Program-made: the position numbers and the translations under genes | Notes under the pieces: model-generated | Told to the model about the DNA's origin: nothing | The model's database searches: none | Seen by the model: the letters and a program-made list of their open reading frames with translations, nothing else | Part shown: positions 18,475-32,934 of the stretch, in pieces | How positions within the stretch are numbered: position 1 is the first letter of the stretch | Layout of the letters: each line of letters begins with the position of its first letter | NCBI GenBank assembly: GCA_965153355.1 | Contig: OZ231126.1 | Coordinates: forward strand, 41,168,001-41,232,000 | Direction: 5' to 3' | Length of the DNA: 64,000 bases | Source: Flaccisagitta enflata | Taxonomy: Eukaryota

Positions 18475-19040
18475 TGAATGAATGAATGAATGACTGAATG
18501 AATGAATGAATGAATGAATGAATGAATGAATGAATGAATGGATGAATGAATGAATGAATGAATGAATGAATGAATGAATGAATGAATGAATAGATGAATG
18601 AGTGAATAAATGAATTAGAAAATGAATGAATGACTACATTAATGAATGAAAACACGAATGAATGAATGAATGAATGAATGAATGAATGAATGAATGAATG
18701 AATGAATGAATGAATGAATGAATGAATGAATGAATAAGATTAATGAATGAATGAATGAATGAATGAATGAATGAATGAATAAATGAATGAATGAATGAAT
18801 GAATGAGTGAATAAAAAGATGAATGAATGATTACATTAATGAATGAAAACACGAATGAATGAATGCATGAATGAATGTGTGCGTGCATGCATGCATGCAT
18901 GAATGAATGAATGAAGGAATGAATGTATGAATGAATGAATGAATGAATGAATGAATGAATGTATGAATGAATGAGTGAATGAATGAATGAATGAATGAAT
19001 GAATGAATGAATGAATGAATGAATGAATGAATGAATGAAT
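18475..19040. repeat. (GAAT)n array of about 570 bp with an internal duplication
   Basis: Direct reading; TACATTAATGAATGAAAACACG occurs twice. Confidence 0.95.
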
Positions 19041-19525
19041 AAGCGTTGCATTGGTCACTGGCTGGCATCGTGAATTTTGCATCAAGAATGGGTCATCGAG
19101 CACCAATCATCGAGCATCAAGTATTGGTGACAAGTAGCCACCGGGCATCGAACATTTTGTATCGAGAGCATCAAACAATGGTCACTTGACATCTTATATG
19201 GAACGTTGATGTGTTTCAACTTACTCACGTCTGCACTTTCAGGATTTCTCTCCTCTTTGACTTTGGAGTTCCAGCCTTTCAAGACAGGAATTACTCTTTT
19301 TCTCTAATATTCTTAACGGCTTGCTGAGTGGTTTCTCCCCCAGCAGTTTTTTTTTTCTTTTTCTTTCTCGTGTTCTATTCTTTTTTCATTACTCTCGTTT
19401 TCCTTAAGTTCCTTCAGTCTTCTCTACTTTTCCTCCTCCTCCTCCTCCTCCTCCTCCTCCTCCTCCTCCTCCTTCTCCTCCTCTTCTTCTTCTGCTTCTT
19501 TTTCTTCTGCTTCTTCTGCTTCTTT

Positions 19526-19570
<45 letters not shown>

Positions 19571-20797
19571 TTCTTCTTCTTCTTCTTCTTCTTCTTCTCC
19601 TTCTTCTTCTTCTTCTTCTTCTTCTTCTTCTTCTTCTTCTTCTTCTTCTTCTTCTTTTTCTTTTTTTTTGTCCACTGTCTCCAAGTCTCAGCTGTCACCA
19701 TCTTGAGTAGAAGTAATCGTGTTAATTGGTTGAAGCGTGAAGACCGAGTCTCCCTCCTTCCTCCTCGGTCCTCGCTCTCTTTTTGCTCTCTCCCCCTCGT
19801 TTCCCATTTCTCAGCTTGAGCTCCTTCCTCCTTCCTCCAGTCCTCCTTTCTCCTCACTCTCCTCCTCTCTCTTTCTCTTTTTAGTTGCGGACACGCAACT
19901 CTATAAGTGGCTTTGTCCGTCCGTTCGTCCGTCGTTCACGTTGATCGAGTACTAAAGTGAGATAACGCGCATTTCCGCCCCTGCCTACCCGTCCCCAACT
20001 AGTATTGGCCGTGTATCCGGCCTTGTCCCCCTCAGTTCGTGCTCCTTTCTTGTCTCCTTTGTTTCAAATGTCAAAGCCGTAGTGTATTTGTCGATGCGTC
20101 CATGTCTCATTTTGCTCGAACATCCTTCTCTCTTAGTGCGTCTCTGTCTCTGCGTGTGCTTGTGTGTAGGGCCTACACTCTAGGCAGTGTAGCCGTCCTC
20201 CTAACAAAAAGATTTCCACCAGAAAAACACCCTGCTATGACTGATCCAAGAATGATGGATGAAATTGGTAGGTCCCTTGCATCCGTTTTTGTGAGGCTCA
20301 ATTGTACTAACCTTAGAAAAATGGGTGTTCCTAAACAAATGCAGCTACAACAAGTAAATTTGAAGAATGACAGTAAGTCTGTTTAGCTGTTTATCGGTCT
20401 ATCTGTCTCCAAGAACCAAAGAATTATAAAGATCAATCTACGACGGATATAAAAGCGAAGTCCCTTCAAGTCATATTCTTTCAGTTGCTATATTGGTGAT
20501 AACAAAAATCCGCCAATAAGCGGTGAAATTTGTTGGTGTCCTGACATCCCACAGTCGATCAAATCCCATCCTGACGGGAAAAAACTACCTAACACCTCTT
20601 TATCCCACTCAACCCACCTACATCCGTTGTTTTCTTTTCTTTTGTTTCTTTGTTTTTTCTGTGTTTTTTTCTTGCGGAGATCAAGTGTAAGGTTTTTTGC
20701 ATGTTCTCTTGTCAGGCCGTTTGGTTACAAAAGTAACCCGATCAGATTACTCCCACGTACAATGCTGGGCACACCATGATGAGTATGATGAACCCTT

Positions 20798-20885
<88 letters not shown>

Positions 20886-20994
20886 CATACGACGTGGTGG
20901 TCGGCCGTCGGTCATTCTGTCAGTCGGTCCGGATATTGACGTCTTGATTCTTACAACCGAGTAAATCAACCGTAAATACTCCGGATAATAATGG

Positions 20995-21062
<68 letters not shown>

Positions 21063-21439
21063 AGACAGAGAGAGACTGAGACAGAGACAGAGAGAAACAG
21101 GGATAGAGACGGAGAGACAGAAACAGAAATAGAGACAGTGACAGAAAAAGAGACAGAGACAGAATTGACAGACAGACGAACAGACAAACAGGAAAAGTGA
21201 CAATCGAAATTCAGAATGCGGTTTGAAAAAAGATGGCTTTGTGGTTCATTCGCATACACTTACAATATTGCTAATTGTTGGATACAGACAGACAAACCAA
21301 TGTACCTACAGACAGATGAAATCTTTAAGACCATTATCTCGTTCTTGAAGAAAATATGCATGAAGGCAGACATGACAAAAAACAGTAAAAGCACAGTGAT
21401 CCTTATCATGTTAAAATGAGTTTCTGGGTTTTTTTTTCC

Positions 21440-21770
21440 TCTTTTCTTTCTTTTCTTTTCTTTTCTTTTCTTTTCTTTTCTTTCTTTTCTTTCTTTTCTT
21501 TCTTTTCTTTCTTTTCTTTCTTTTCTTTCTTTTCTTTCTTTTCTTTCTTTTCTTTCTTTTCTTTCTTTTCTTTCTTTTCTTTCTTTTCTTTCTTTTCTTT
21601 CTTTTCTTTCTTTTCTTTCTTTTCATTCTTTTCTTTCTTTTCTTTCTTTTCTTTCTTCTCTTTCATTTCTTTCATTTCTTTCTTTTCTTTCTTTTCTTTC
21701 TTTTAATTCTTTTCTTTCCTTTCTTTCTTTTTTTTTCCTTTTCTTTCTTTTCTTTCATTTCCTTCTTTCC
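21440..21770. repeat. (TTTCTTTTC)n 9-bp polypyrimidine array
   Basis: Direct reading. Confidence 0.9.
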
Positions 21771-22255
21771 TTCTAAATAAGTCAAAAACCGGTTAGTTCC
21801 TCTTCCTCATATCTTTCCCTATCTTTGCCATTTTCTTATTTTCTTTCCTGTTTGAGAGGTCGCTCTCATATCTGACAATTACCGTCTTTCCGTCCTTTCC
21901 CATCCAATCGTCGTTTTGTCTATCTGTCTGTGTGTGTGTCTGTGTGTGTGTGTGTCTGTCTGTCGGTCTCTCTGTCTGTCCATACGCCTTCCCGTCTGTG
22001 CTTCCATTCACACATCTTTACATACAATGGTTTATCTCCCCGTTTGTCCATTGTCAATCAATCCATCCATCAGTCCGTCCGTCCATCTGTCTGTCCATCC
22101 ATCTGTCAAACCATTTGTCTTTCAGCCGGTCAGTTGTTTGTAAACTCAATTCCACCAAAAAAATGAAACCTGTTGCATGCATTGACCTTTCTGCTCCTGT
22201 CCAAATGGCCTAGTGACCTCAAATATGGTCCCTACCCACCCGTACGTGACGGGTA

Positions 22256-22583
22256 TACTACTCGACTCAATAAAAAAGCCGCACTTTTAAATAACAAATT
22301 GTCATACTGAATTTCAAAAAAACTAATCAAAATCTTAGACCATTTTAAAGCTCTTGAAAAGATCTTTCATTTGGCGCCAATCTGGTATTGCTATCTTTTT
22401 TCGTTTAGAAATGGCATTAGTTTGAGTAAAAACTTTGCCCATTTCAGTTTCGCAATCACTATAAAAAAAATGCATTTTAGCAAAATAGTGCTTCTCTTTG
22501 CAGAGCTCTAGCTTCTAAACCGTTTGAGATACAGATCTGGGATTGGTCTAGAATGAAAGAAAATTTGAAAATCTTCAAGATCA
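22256..22583 (+). mobile_element. Truncated copy of the 12072-12482 MITE family
   Basis: Colinear similarity with about 12070-12395 (AAAAAAGCCGCACTTTTAAA, AGATCTTTCATTTGGC, TTGGTCTAGAATGAAAGAAAATT). Confidence 0.75.
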
Positions 22584-22801
22584 TTTCAATGCTTTCAAAT
22601 ATTTTTCTGCCAATCCTGACCAAATGGCCTAGTGACCTCAAATATGGTCCCTACCCACCCGACGTGACGTATAGCCGTTTATCCGGCCTTGTTTTATTTC
22701 GCTTCTGCTTTGTTTTTTCCTTCTCTTTCTTATCAAAAGAAAGGAAAAGTGGGTTGATGACCAAAGCATGATGAGTGACAGGGTCACGAGAGAGAGAGAG
22801 A

Positions 22802-22999
22802 GGGGTGGGTACCCTTAGTGAGACTTTCTCACTGGAGGGAATTTTTTCTCACTAAAATTCCCTCTAGTGAGACAATATTTTTGTCTCACTAAAGGGAATT
22901 TTAGTGAGAAAAATTCCTCCAGTGAGACTACATTTTCCCTACAGTGAGACTAATTTTTCCCTCTAGTGAGAAAGGAAAAAAGGAAGAAAAAAGCAAGGA

Positions 23000-23057
<58 letters not shown>

Positions 23058-25248
23058 CAGAGAGACAGAGAGACAGAGACAGACAGATGGAGAGATAGAC
23101 AGAAGAAAACAAACAGAGTAGCTATCTGATGTTTTTTTCTCAAATGATACTACAGCGCTCTTGATGGGGTTTTCTTTAAATTCTTATACAAGGATGATTC
23201 TCCTTATTTTCACTCGAATGCACGCGACTTTACACTATGTTGGTTGGTTGGTCAGTCATTTTCCTCTATTTGTCTGTCCATCTGTCTCAAATACTATCAA
23301 ATTTTGGACTATTCAATCTGTTTTAGGGAAAAGAAAAAAAAGGAAGGAATTAAGTAAGGAAGAAAGGGAGGAATGGAAAGAAAAAAGGGAGGAATGGAAG
23401 GATGGCAAGAAGGAAGGAATGCAAGGAAGGAAGGAAGGTGGGAATTGAAGGAAAGAAGAGAGAAAGAAAGGAAGGAAAGAATGGAAAGAAGGGAGGAATG
23501 GAAAGGATAGAGTGAAAGAAGGGAAGGAAGGAAGGAATGAATAACAGGAAGGGAGGGCGGAATAGAAGTAAGACCCAGCCCTACCTCCTACCTACCTACT
23601 CCAACCTCCGACCTACCCCTACCTTCCTACCCCTACCTTCCCTCTCCTATCTAACTAATCCCATCTCCTACCTACCCTCCTACCCAACCTCTTACCAACC
23701 CCTACCTCCTACCTACCCCACTCACCACATATCTCCTTCTACCTCTACCTTACACTATCTCTACCTTCTTTGACCATTTGTTTTTCCTTTATTTCAACTA
23801 TTTTCACCTGTACCTTTGACCACTGAAGCCCTGTTGATCACATGACCTATCCTCTTCCTCATCTTCACCTTTCCTTACCTGTCCTATCAATACTGTCATT
23901 TCACTACACTGTATGCTCTCCACCACAGCCTTTATTAAACTTTTTATGATTTATTTTCCTATTTTCCTATTATCTCCTCTATGTTTTGGTATGGGTAATA
24001 GCAAGGGTGATGGGAAGCCTCTAAACCCGCCAAGACCATGTGTTGACTTTAAGCACAAGTCTTGCCTGGTCCACAGTCCAGGTTTACTTATCCATTGATA
24101 GTTGGAGATACTTTTCACTATTTATAACTTTGCTGTTAGTTGAATTAAACGATTAAGTCTTTTAACATCTGATAGGAAAGGAGGAATGGGAGGAGGGAAA
24201 GAAGGTAGGAATTGAAGGAAAGAAGAAAGAAGAAAGGGAGGAATTGGAAGAAGGAAGGGAGCAATGAAAACTAGTCATCCACTGATCGAATATGTTCAGC
24301 GTCACCAGATGCCCTGCTTTAAGTGATGAGCTGCAGAAATTGAGTGAGAGCAGGACAGCGGCCCCAAAGGACCAATGTCGTTTAGGACACAGGAGTGAAT
24401 TACCAGACTTCCTAAGAGGGCACTATGGAGGACTGATTTGATTTCTAAAGGGCAAATATGCGGCATCCAGAGGCTGATTTGAAGCCTCATAAAAAAGCCA
24501 ATATGATGCATGAGGGCAGATTCGAGGCCTTAGAGGGTAATCTGAAGGCGAGATTGAAGCCAGAAAGGTCAGATTAGAGGCTTGAGAGGGCAAATTTCAG
24601 ATAATTTCAGATAGCTAACTACAAGCATGACAGGGGTGATTTTAGATGGAGGGAAAAACAACTGGAAATTCACCTTTGTTTGCTACAGTACATCGGCCTT
24701 TTAAGGTGAGTGCTGAAAGGAGGAGGAGTAGGATTGAAGGAAAGAAGGAAGACATAAGGGGAGAAATGGTAAGAAGGAATTAACAAATGCGTCCCCCAAA
24801 TCAAATGTGAAAGCATAGGTCATCGGTCCAGAAGGAAGGAAGGAATGAAGAAGGGAGGAAAGGGAGGAACAAAAGAAAGAAGAGAAGGAAGGAAGTAAGG
24901 TTGTAACCAAGTAGGGAATGGATGCAAAGGAGGTCGAAATTGTAGGAATGGGTGAAGGAAGATGTGTAATTGCAAAAATGAGCATGCGACTGTCGCCATC
25001 TTTTTGTAAGTGGAAAGAAGGAGACTCCTGTTATGAGTGTCTTTTATTTTTCTTTGCGTCGTCTCACTGGAAATTTCTCCACTTTCACTCCTTTTTGATC
25101 TCACTGAAGGGAATTTTAGTGAGAAAAAATTCCCTCCAATGAGACTACATTTTTTTCCCTCAAGTGAGACTCTTTTTTTGGTCTCACTGGAGGGAATTTT
25201 TTAGTTTCTCACTTAAGGGAAAAAAATCGTCTCACTAGGGGGATTCCC

Positions 25249-25250
<2 letters not shown>
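22802..25250. mobile_element. Foldback-like DNA element with AGTGAGA/TCTCACT subterminal arrays, inserted in (GA)n
   Basis: GGGG...CCCTTAGTGAGA left end and TCTCACTAGGGGG...CCCCC right end. Dense motif arrays at 22815-22970 and 25060-25240. (GA)n on both flanks. Confidence 0.65.
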
Positions 25251-25293
<43 letters not shown>

Positions 25294-26489
25294 ACGCCTG
25301 TTGAGTGACTTGGAGTCAGAAGCATTTGATTAGCGTCGATTTTTCCTTGTTAGGATTTGCTTCTTCCTCTGCACGCGACTCTACAACCCGCTTTGTCCGT
25401 CGGTTGATCTGTCGGTCGGTCGGTTGGTTGGTTGGTCACATTTTACTTTTTTTATGATTTTATTTCTTTGGCCTCACTGCTCCTGCCCAAATGGTCTAGT
25501 GACCTCAAATATGGCCCCTGCCCACCCGCACGCGACTTTGGTCTGTCGGTTCATCAGTCTGTCCGTCCATCTGTTCGCCCGTCCGACCGTGCGCCCGTGC
25601 GCCCGTCCGCCCGTCCGCCCGTCCGCCCGTCCGCTCGTCCGCCCGTCCGCCCGTCCGCCCGTCCGCCCGTCCGCCCGCCCGTTCGTTCGTGCGCCCATCC
25701 GTCCGTCCGTCCATCCGTCCGTCCATCTCTCTGTCCGTCCGCCCATCACAAACATGTTTAGAGGTCTTTAAAGCATTTTAAAGACATTTATAGGTTATAA
25801 GGCATCAAATAGCACGTGTCGGTCAGTACTCTTTGTCTTTTTTGTCTGTCTGTGCACCTCTCTGTCTTTTGTCGTCTGACTTTTTCTTTAAATTACCGAC
25901 TCACGCGACTTAAGTCTAATGACCTTGTTAATTCTTTATCTCCCATTTTTCCCTATTTCCTTCCCACTGCGTTTACATATGTTCTCTGTTTTCTTCCTTC
26001 TTTATCTTGAAATGTTACGAAAAAGGAAAAATAAGTAGATTATTAAGTTAAAAGATTGATTAGAAACGATCCGAGAGTTGCACCAACAAAGCGCTTTTAC
26101 AGGGATAACAGGGTGTTAAAAAAGTCCATATGATCAAATGCGCACTCTAACAAGTAATAAAACTAACTGAGAGGCTGCGTACCAAATTTCAGCTTACTGG
26201 GCCATCTTGTTGTGTCTTTTTTTGAGCAAATTTGTTGGCCACTCTATTAGATTTATATATAACGCCCCCATAAAACAATGCTACAGCATAATTCAGCAGT
26301 CTGTATTGTGCTACAGAATCGTTCGGCAGTGTTTTTATCAAGAAACATAGCATCACCCTGCTACATCTGCGGCGTCAAGGGAGTGAAAAGGCCGAAAGAT
26401 CAATTATCTCCAAAGGGCTTTAGGGCCCTGTTTAAGCAGCAACAAATTTCATTGCCTCTCACTGCTTAGGGACCAAGACATCACACACG

Positions 26490-26550
<61 letters not shown>

Positions 26551-27642
26551 AAGGCATGGGTCATGGGATCATAGTAGAAACGAGTTGCAGTGAAAAGGAG
26601 TGAGTGAAAAAGAGAAAGAGGGGTGGTACCTCTGGGCAGTGGCGTATTTGACCTTGATGTAGGGACACATATATGATTGAGGCTGAAATATGAAATTAGT
26701 TAAATATAAATCATGAAATTGAAAAAAGATATTTTAGATCATAATTACATATTTACATATTTACAAATTTACATATTTACATATTTACTTATTTACATAT
26801 TTACATATTTTCTATCTTATTTACTAATTAGTTGAGAAACAAAATTCATTGGGACTTGAAGACCCAATAATTTTGGCTCTTAAACGCCCACGTTGATAGA
26901 TATGGTAAAAGAGAAGCAGATAAAGGAGAGAGGAAGAAGTAGTGTTGAGGTAACGTTGTTGAAACATGTACACTTGTACAGAGACTATGAAACATACAGG
27001 GAGATCAAAAAGAAAAGGGAGATCAATTGCATAAAGACATGGGTAGATGGCGTGGAAACTGATGGTACAAGAGGGATAGAGAGGATAGTTTAGAAAGGAT
27101 GAAGGAAGACTAGTTGTTTGATCGCACAAAGAGAAGAGAGAGAGAGACCACCCATTCTACCCACTGCCGTCTCACTTTACTTTGAAAAGGAGGAAAATGC
27201 GAAAATGTTTCTTCGTTGAAGCCACTAAAAAGGTCAAAATGTTGCGGCAGAGGAAACACCTGCCTCAAATACAGCCTCAGATTCTACCTCGGATTCCGCC
27301 TCAGATGCTGTTTTAGTCTTGTGAAAGTAAATTCTTTTCCTCCTTCAGCGATTTCTTTATCTTATGCTCAAATTGAGGGATGTCTAGGGCAGGCTCATCG
27401 ATAAATCATAGAGATCTAATGAAAATAGCAACTCCTTACAGATTACAGAATGCGGCTTGATATGAGTATATGACGGATCAACTGTCCATTTGACCTATGA
27501 AGCAGCTCATGCAATTTCCATACACCTGTCAGATGAACACTTAACACTATATCATGGTCATTTTAAACATTTTTTTTTAACATCTTGCACCATACGTTCT
27601 TCCTATAGCTGGTAAGTCCGCCCAGAATCATTTGCCATGAAG

Positions 27643-28900
27643 CAGGGCAGCAGCCCCAAAGGGCACTTTGCAATGTCCTGTAGAACACAGGGGGACTTAA
27701 GTGTTCATCCATCAATTCATCCATCCATCAGTCCATCCGTTTGTCTCCCCCAGGTTCTCTCTGGCCTGAAATCTGCCCTATCAGGCCAGAAATCCACCCT
27801 TTCAGACCTGAGGGCAGATTTCCAGGCCTGAGAGGGCAGATTCAAGGTCTGAAAGGGCAGATTTCAGGCCTGAGAGGGTAGATTTCAGGCCTGCAAGAGC
27901 AGATTTTAGGCCTGTAAAGGCAGATTTTGTTCCTAAGAGGACCAAGGGGGACGGACAAACAGATGGACGAATGGATGGACGGATGAACGCCAAACAACCT
28001 ATAGTCGCAAAAGCATTCGATGGTCAGCGTTACCCGCGCCCTGTCTATGTATGTTGTGCTTGAAGTTTAAGGGGGAGTGGGGCAGCGGTCCCAAAGGGGT
28101 TGATGACCTACGCTTTCACACATAAAAGGAATATTTTCCTTCTCTCTGTCCTCTCCCTCTCAGATCCTAGTCTTTAAGCTCACCTCTGTGCCTTGGTCCA
28201 AATCCCAGTCTGGAGACTCATATCTCAGCCTTGAGGCCCTGGGCCTAGCCTTCCTAGCCTGGAGGCCCAAATCTTAGCCTTGAGGTTGGGATTTTGGCCT
28301 CTTGGCTAGCACTAGGACCTCGAGGCTGAAATTTTGGCTTCATGGCTGGGATCTGGCCTCCAGGCTAGGATTTGGGCCTTGAGGCTAGAATTTTGGCCTC
28401 AAGACTGAGAATTGGGCCTCAAGACTGAGATTTGGGCCTCAAGACTGAGATTTGGGCCTCAAGACTGGGATCTGAGGGGGGGATGTAGAAAATGAAGAAT
28501 AGTCGCAAAAGTGTAAGATGGTCAGCGGTATCGGTGCCCTGCCTGAGTAGGTTTTGATTAGAATTGAGGGGGGAACAGGGCAGTGGTCCCTAAGGGGCCA
28601 ATGACCAATGACCTATGCTTTCTCACATGAGGAAATTTCTCCTTCTCCTTCTAGTGGTTGGGATTTATACCTTTGAGCTGAGATTTAGGCCTTTTGGTAG
28701 GGGTATTGGGTGTCAGGGCTGGATTTTGTTCTTGAAGTCAGGATTTGGGCTTTGAGGCTGGGATTTGGGCCTTAAGGACGGTACATGGGCCTCAAACCTG
28801 GATTTTGTACTTAAGGCTGGGATTCTAACTTTGAGGCTGGGATTTGGGCCTCAAGGCTGGAATTTTGTCCTTGAGACTGGGATATGGGCCTGGAATCTAG
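27643..28900. mobile_element. Cluster of about three family B copies
   Basis: GGGCAGC(A/G)GCCCC-type arms at 27645, 28080 and 28578; reverse-complement tails (GGTCAGCG) near 28022 and 28521; 20-21-bp arrays. Confidence 0.65.
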
Positions 28901-30892
28901 AGTTTTGGTAGAAGTCAATAAGATTTGACAGAATTTGGCGGAATTTGACAGAATTTTTTCTGAATTTGATAGAATTTGATAGAATTTGGTCAAATTTGGT
29001 CAAATTTGGTCAAATTTGGCTGAATTTGACAATTGGGACAAACTTTGAACAAGTCTAGGACCAGTGATATATTCGAGGACAAATTAAGGACAATTCTAGG
29101 ACAAGTCTAGGACAAGTCTAGGACAATTCTTAGACAATTCTAGTAAGATAAATGAACATTTTTTTTTTTAAACTTGAAGCCAAAAGGGAATTTTCATGAT
29201 TTGGAAAAAAGTCGAAGAGACGAAGTCCCTTCGGTCTTTTTGTGGGGAGTCCTGCAGAGTTTTTGACTTCCTTTTCTCATGAAGGCTAGAAGTTGATACT
29301 TTGGGGCCAAATGGTACTACGCATGAAATTAATAGCTTAGAAAGAGCTAATTCTCCTCTTTCAGATGACGCCAAGCAGAATTCTGTGCGATCGATAGTTT
29401 TGGAGCTATGATTTTTTAAATCTTTTTTTATTTTTTTCGCATTTTTTGCATTTTTCCCAAAAACGAGGAATTGAGTCAGTTTAAGTCTATTTGAACTTTG
29501 AAATGTCCCAGGTGATGATTGTGCATCCTGGCAGCACAGTCTATCTCTCATTTCAACTCTGGACTCTATGAGAGGCTTTGTCTGTCAGTCCATCCATCGG
29601 TCTGTTGGTCCGTTTGTCCGTCCGAGTGGAAAAGTGGAAAAACAAGCGGTCTAGATGCTTGTGTGTGGGGGTTGGGGTTGGGGTGTGGATGGGGGTTGGA
29701 TGCCTCTTTCCCAAACAAAGAAACACATGTAGAGAGTAGAGATGAGAGTGACGCGGCTTTTCAATCACCACCATCCGATTTTTGGCGATTTTCCGTTATC
29801 ACCACCGTTTTTTCCGTTTTTTTTCAGTGATTTCTTAGCTGCAGCTATTCACTATTTCTATTTCTATCCCTATTTCTAAGTGATGAAAACATGATGCAAA
29901 ATAAATGACAAATATCATGGTTTTTAGTGAGTACTAGGGTGGCTTAAAGTGGTGTCATTTTCAAATCTGATGACGCCCGCGGAGAAAATGAGACCATTTC
30001 CATCATAGATAAGAATTCCCAAATTTGGGGGCGATCGGATAAACTTTGCTCATACCCGCCACCCCCCCCCTAGATTTGAGCCATGGTGGCGTTTCTAGCA
30101 ATCTCTGTTTGAACAGGTTACTTTAAAAGATCACAGCTCCCAAACGAATTGAGCTAGAGACCTCAACTTGGGCTCATTTTAAAGAGCAGACAAAGCTCTT
30201 TAAAATGAGCCCAAGTTGAAGTCGGTACCTTAATTCGTCTAGGAGCGACATTCTTTCAAAGTTAATGCTTTTTTTAAGAAAAAGAAGCATTTGCCCCTCT
30301 CTTTGTGGGCCTATAACTTTAAAACGAATTGAGCTGCTGACCTCAATTTGGGCTCATTTTAAAGAACAGAAAGAGCTCTTTAAAATGAGCCCAAATTGAA
30401 GTCTTTAACTCAATTTGCTTGGGGGCAACAGTCTTCCAAAGTTTATGTTATTACGTTATTATAAGAAAAGCATACTGTAAATTCTGCTGACATGAGATAA
30501 CGGGGCGCGTAATAAAAAGATAAACAAAATTTAAAATTTAAAAAAAATTCTGTAGTATAATAATAACATTAAAATGATGTAAAAAAATCAAACAAACAAT
30601 ATTTCTATAAGATATAAAAAAGTTATAATGAATTTGATTATATATTTGATTTGATTATTTGATTATTTGATTATATATTTTCTGTACACAATTTCTACAT
30701 GAGTATATAAAGATATGTTTTCATGACAACTGTCTGTAATAAATGATAAAGTAAGTTATTATTTGTTTATACTTTAAATCTCACTTCTGTAGCTTAATTT
30801 TTCCTCTCTATTGTGCTCACCCCTGTTATCTCAACTTTAGACAGAATCTACTGTACAATCCTTCTAAAAGCTTGTGTCACATAAACGCAAGT

Positions 30893-30980
<88 letters not shown>

Positions 30981-30990
30981 CACACACACA

Positions 30991-31034
<44 letters not shown>

Positions 31035-31036
<2 letters not shown>

Positions 31037-31632
31037 TTTACACTGATGAAGAGACACCGAGTTATGGAACTCTTAAGCAGAATGGATTGCCGTTGCAACG
31101 AGTGCAACGAGTTTGACGAGAAGACGCAGAATATAGTCAAGCCCATTTTTGAGAACGGAACATATTGGCTACATCCAGAGTATGTCCTCCTTGCGGCAGT
31201 AGCAGATTCAAGACAAGAGATAAGGTCACAAGCAGTTGAGCAAATTCTGAGGATAAGGCATGACGAGCGTACAAAAAAGCTGGCAGAAGAAGAGCAGCTG
31301 AGGTTGAAGAAAGAAAAAAATGCACATTCAAAAGACAGAGAGTTTTCATAAAGCCAGCGCCAAATTATGGTGCAAACGATTATATCGAATTCAAAGGAGA
31401 ATCAGAGAACATTTTGATTTATGAACCACCATTCACCAAGTCGAAGACAGAAGATCAATTAAGAGAATTCATTGGCTAGAAGTGACATTTGGACATCAGC
31501 AGCATTTCGGTCACAACAGAAGGAATAATCCGTGACATGTCAAGTGTTGCAGCCACAACAACGTCGGCGGCAAGACAAGATGGACTAATTCGAGTGACTC
31601 ATCAGGAACGCGAAAAATCAACATCCAACTAA
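31035..31632 (+). pseudogene. Frameshifted transposase remnant inside the hATm-like element
   Basis: NGTYWLHPEYVLLAAVADSRQEIRSQAVEQILRIR, then after a frameshift RVFIKPAPNYGANDYIEF...YEPPFT. Both are homologous to the 6004-6786 remnant. Confidence 0.75.
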
Positions 31633-32139
31633 AGGCTTCTTTCGTATTTGTTTTGTAATGTTTTGGAGTTTGTATTTGAATTCCTGCGATTCCTGTTGTA
31701 ATGAAAGCTAGTATTCCAATACATGCGTGTCTAAGTTGAAAGCTTTCCTATTAATCGTAAACATGAAACTCTATAAGGGGCTTTGTCCGTCTGTCACGCT
31801 TGAGTCAAAAACGGGCATTTATTGGGAAAATATCGAAAAACGTTTTTTGATTTTTTGAGTTCCGGGTTAGGAATTAATGTTTCCCTTTTTCGCTTGCGAC
31901 AATTTGAGGAAGTTGTGTCAGAACTAGGCTCACCCGAGGCTGGGGTTGAAATTGGTACAGGGTGAAAGAGGGCACTTTTTTACACCTTCTGAAAAAGGCA
32001 CTGCCGGACCAATACTCTAGGTGGCTTTATGAATTTTTAATCTTTTTTATTTTTTCACATTTTCCGCATTTTTCTCAAAGATCTATATTTTTCATTGATC
32101 TCAATTTTTGGCCCTAAGTAACAACAAAAATGAGTTAAG

Positions 32140-32662
32140 CAGAGGGCATAGGGAGGGAGGGTAAGGGAGGGAGAGAGAGAGGGAGAGGGTGGAAGGGAGG
32201 GAGAGAGGGAAGGAGAAAGAGGGAGGGAGGGAGAGGGAGGGAAGAAGAGGGAGGGGAAGAAGGAGGGAGGGAAGGAGGGAGAAGGGGAGGGAGAGGGAGG
32301 GAGGGGGAGGGAGGGGGAGGGAGGGAGGGAAAAGGGGAGGGAGGGAGGGAAAGGGGGAGGGAGATAAGGAGGGAGGGAGGATGAAAGAGGGAGGGGGGGG
32401 AGAGGGAGGAAGAGGGAAAGGGAAAGGGAAAGGGAAAGAAAGAGGGAGGGAAAAGGAGGGAGAGAGAGTGTGAGGGAGGAAGAGAGGGAAGCAGTGAAGG
32501 AGGGAGAGAGGGAGGGAGGGAAGGAAGGAGAGAGGGAGGGAAGGAGCAAGGGAGAGAGAGAGAGAGAGAAGGAGGGAGAGAGGGGGAGAGAGAAGGAGGG
32601 AGAGAGAGAAAGAGAGAGAGAGAGAGAAAGAGGGAGAGAGAGAGAGAGAGGGAGGGAGAGAG
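32140..32662. repeat. G/A polypurine low-complexity tract
   Basis: About 520 bp of almost pure purine. Confidence 0.9.
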
Positions 32663-32886
32663 AATTTTCCAAGGATTTATAAGCAAAAGAAGTAACTGTT
32701 CGCTTTTTTTTTTGCCATAGTTAGTGTTATTTAGAATCTAAGTTACAAGCCTTAAAGTTTTCTCATTATTTAGAATCTAAATAACAAGCCTTAAAGTTTT
32801 CTCATAACTTAGATTGTCTATTTTTCTGTTTTTTTTCTAAATACTCTTTGCTTATTTTCTATGTTCTCCCTATCTACTCTTTCTCA

Positions 32887-32934
<48 letters not shown>

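Noticed and set aside
19040..19300. Possible retroelement fragments here and at about 23930-24150, 26830-27090 and 33000-33300
   Set aside because: Too short and degenerate to assign without a search.
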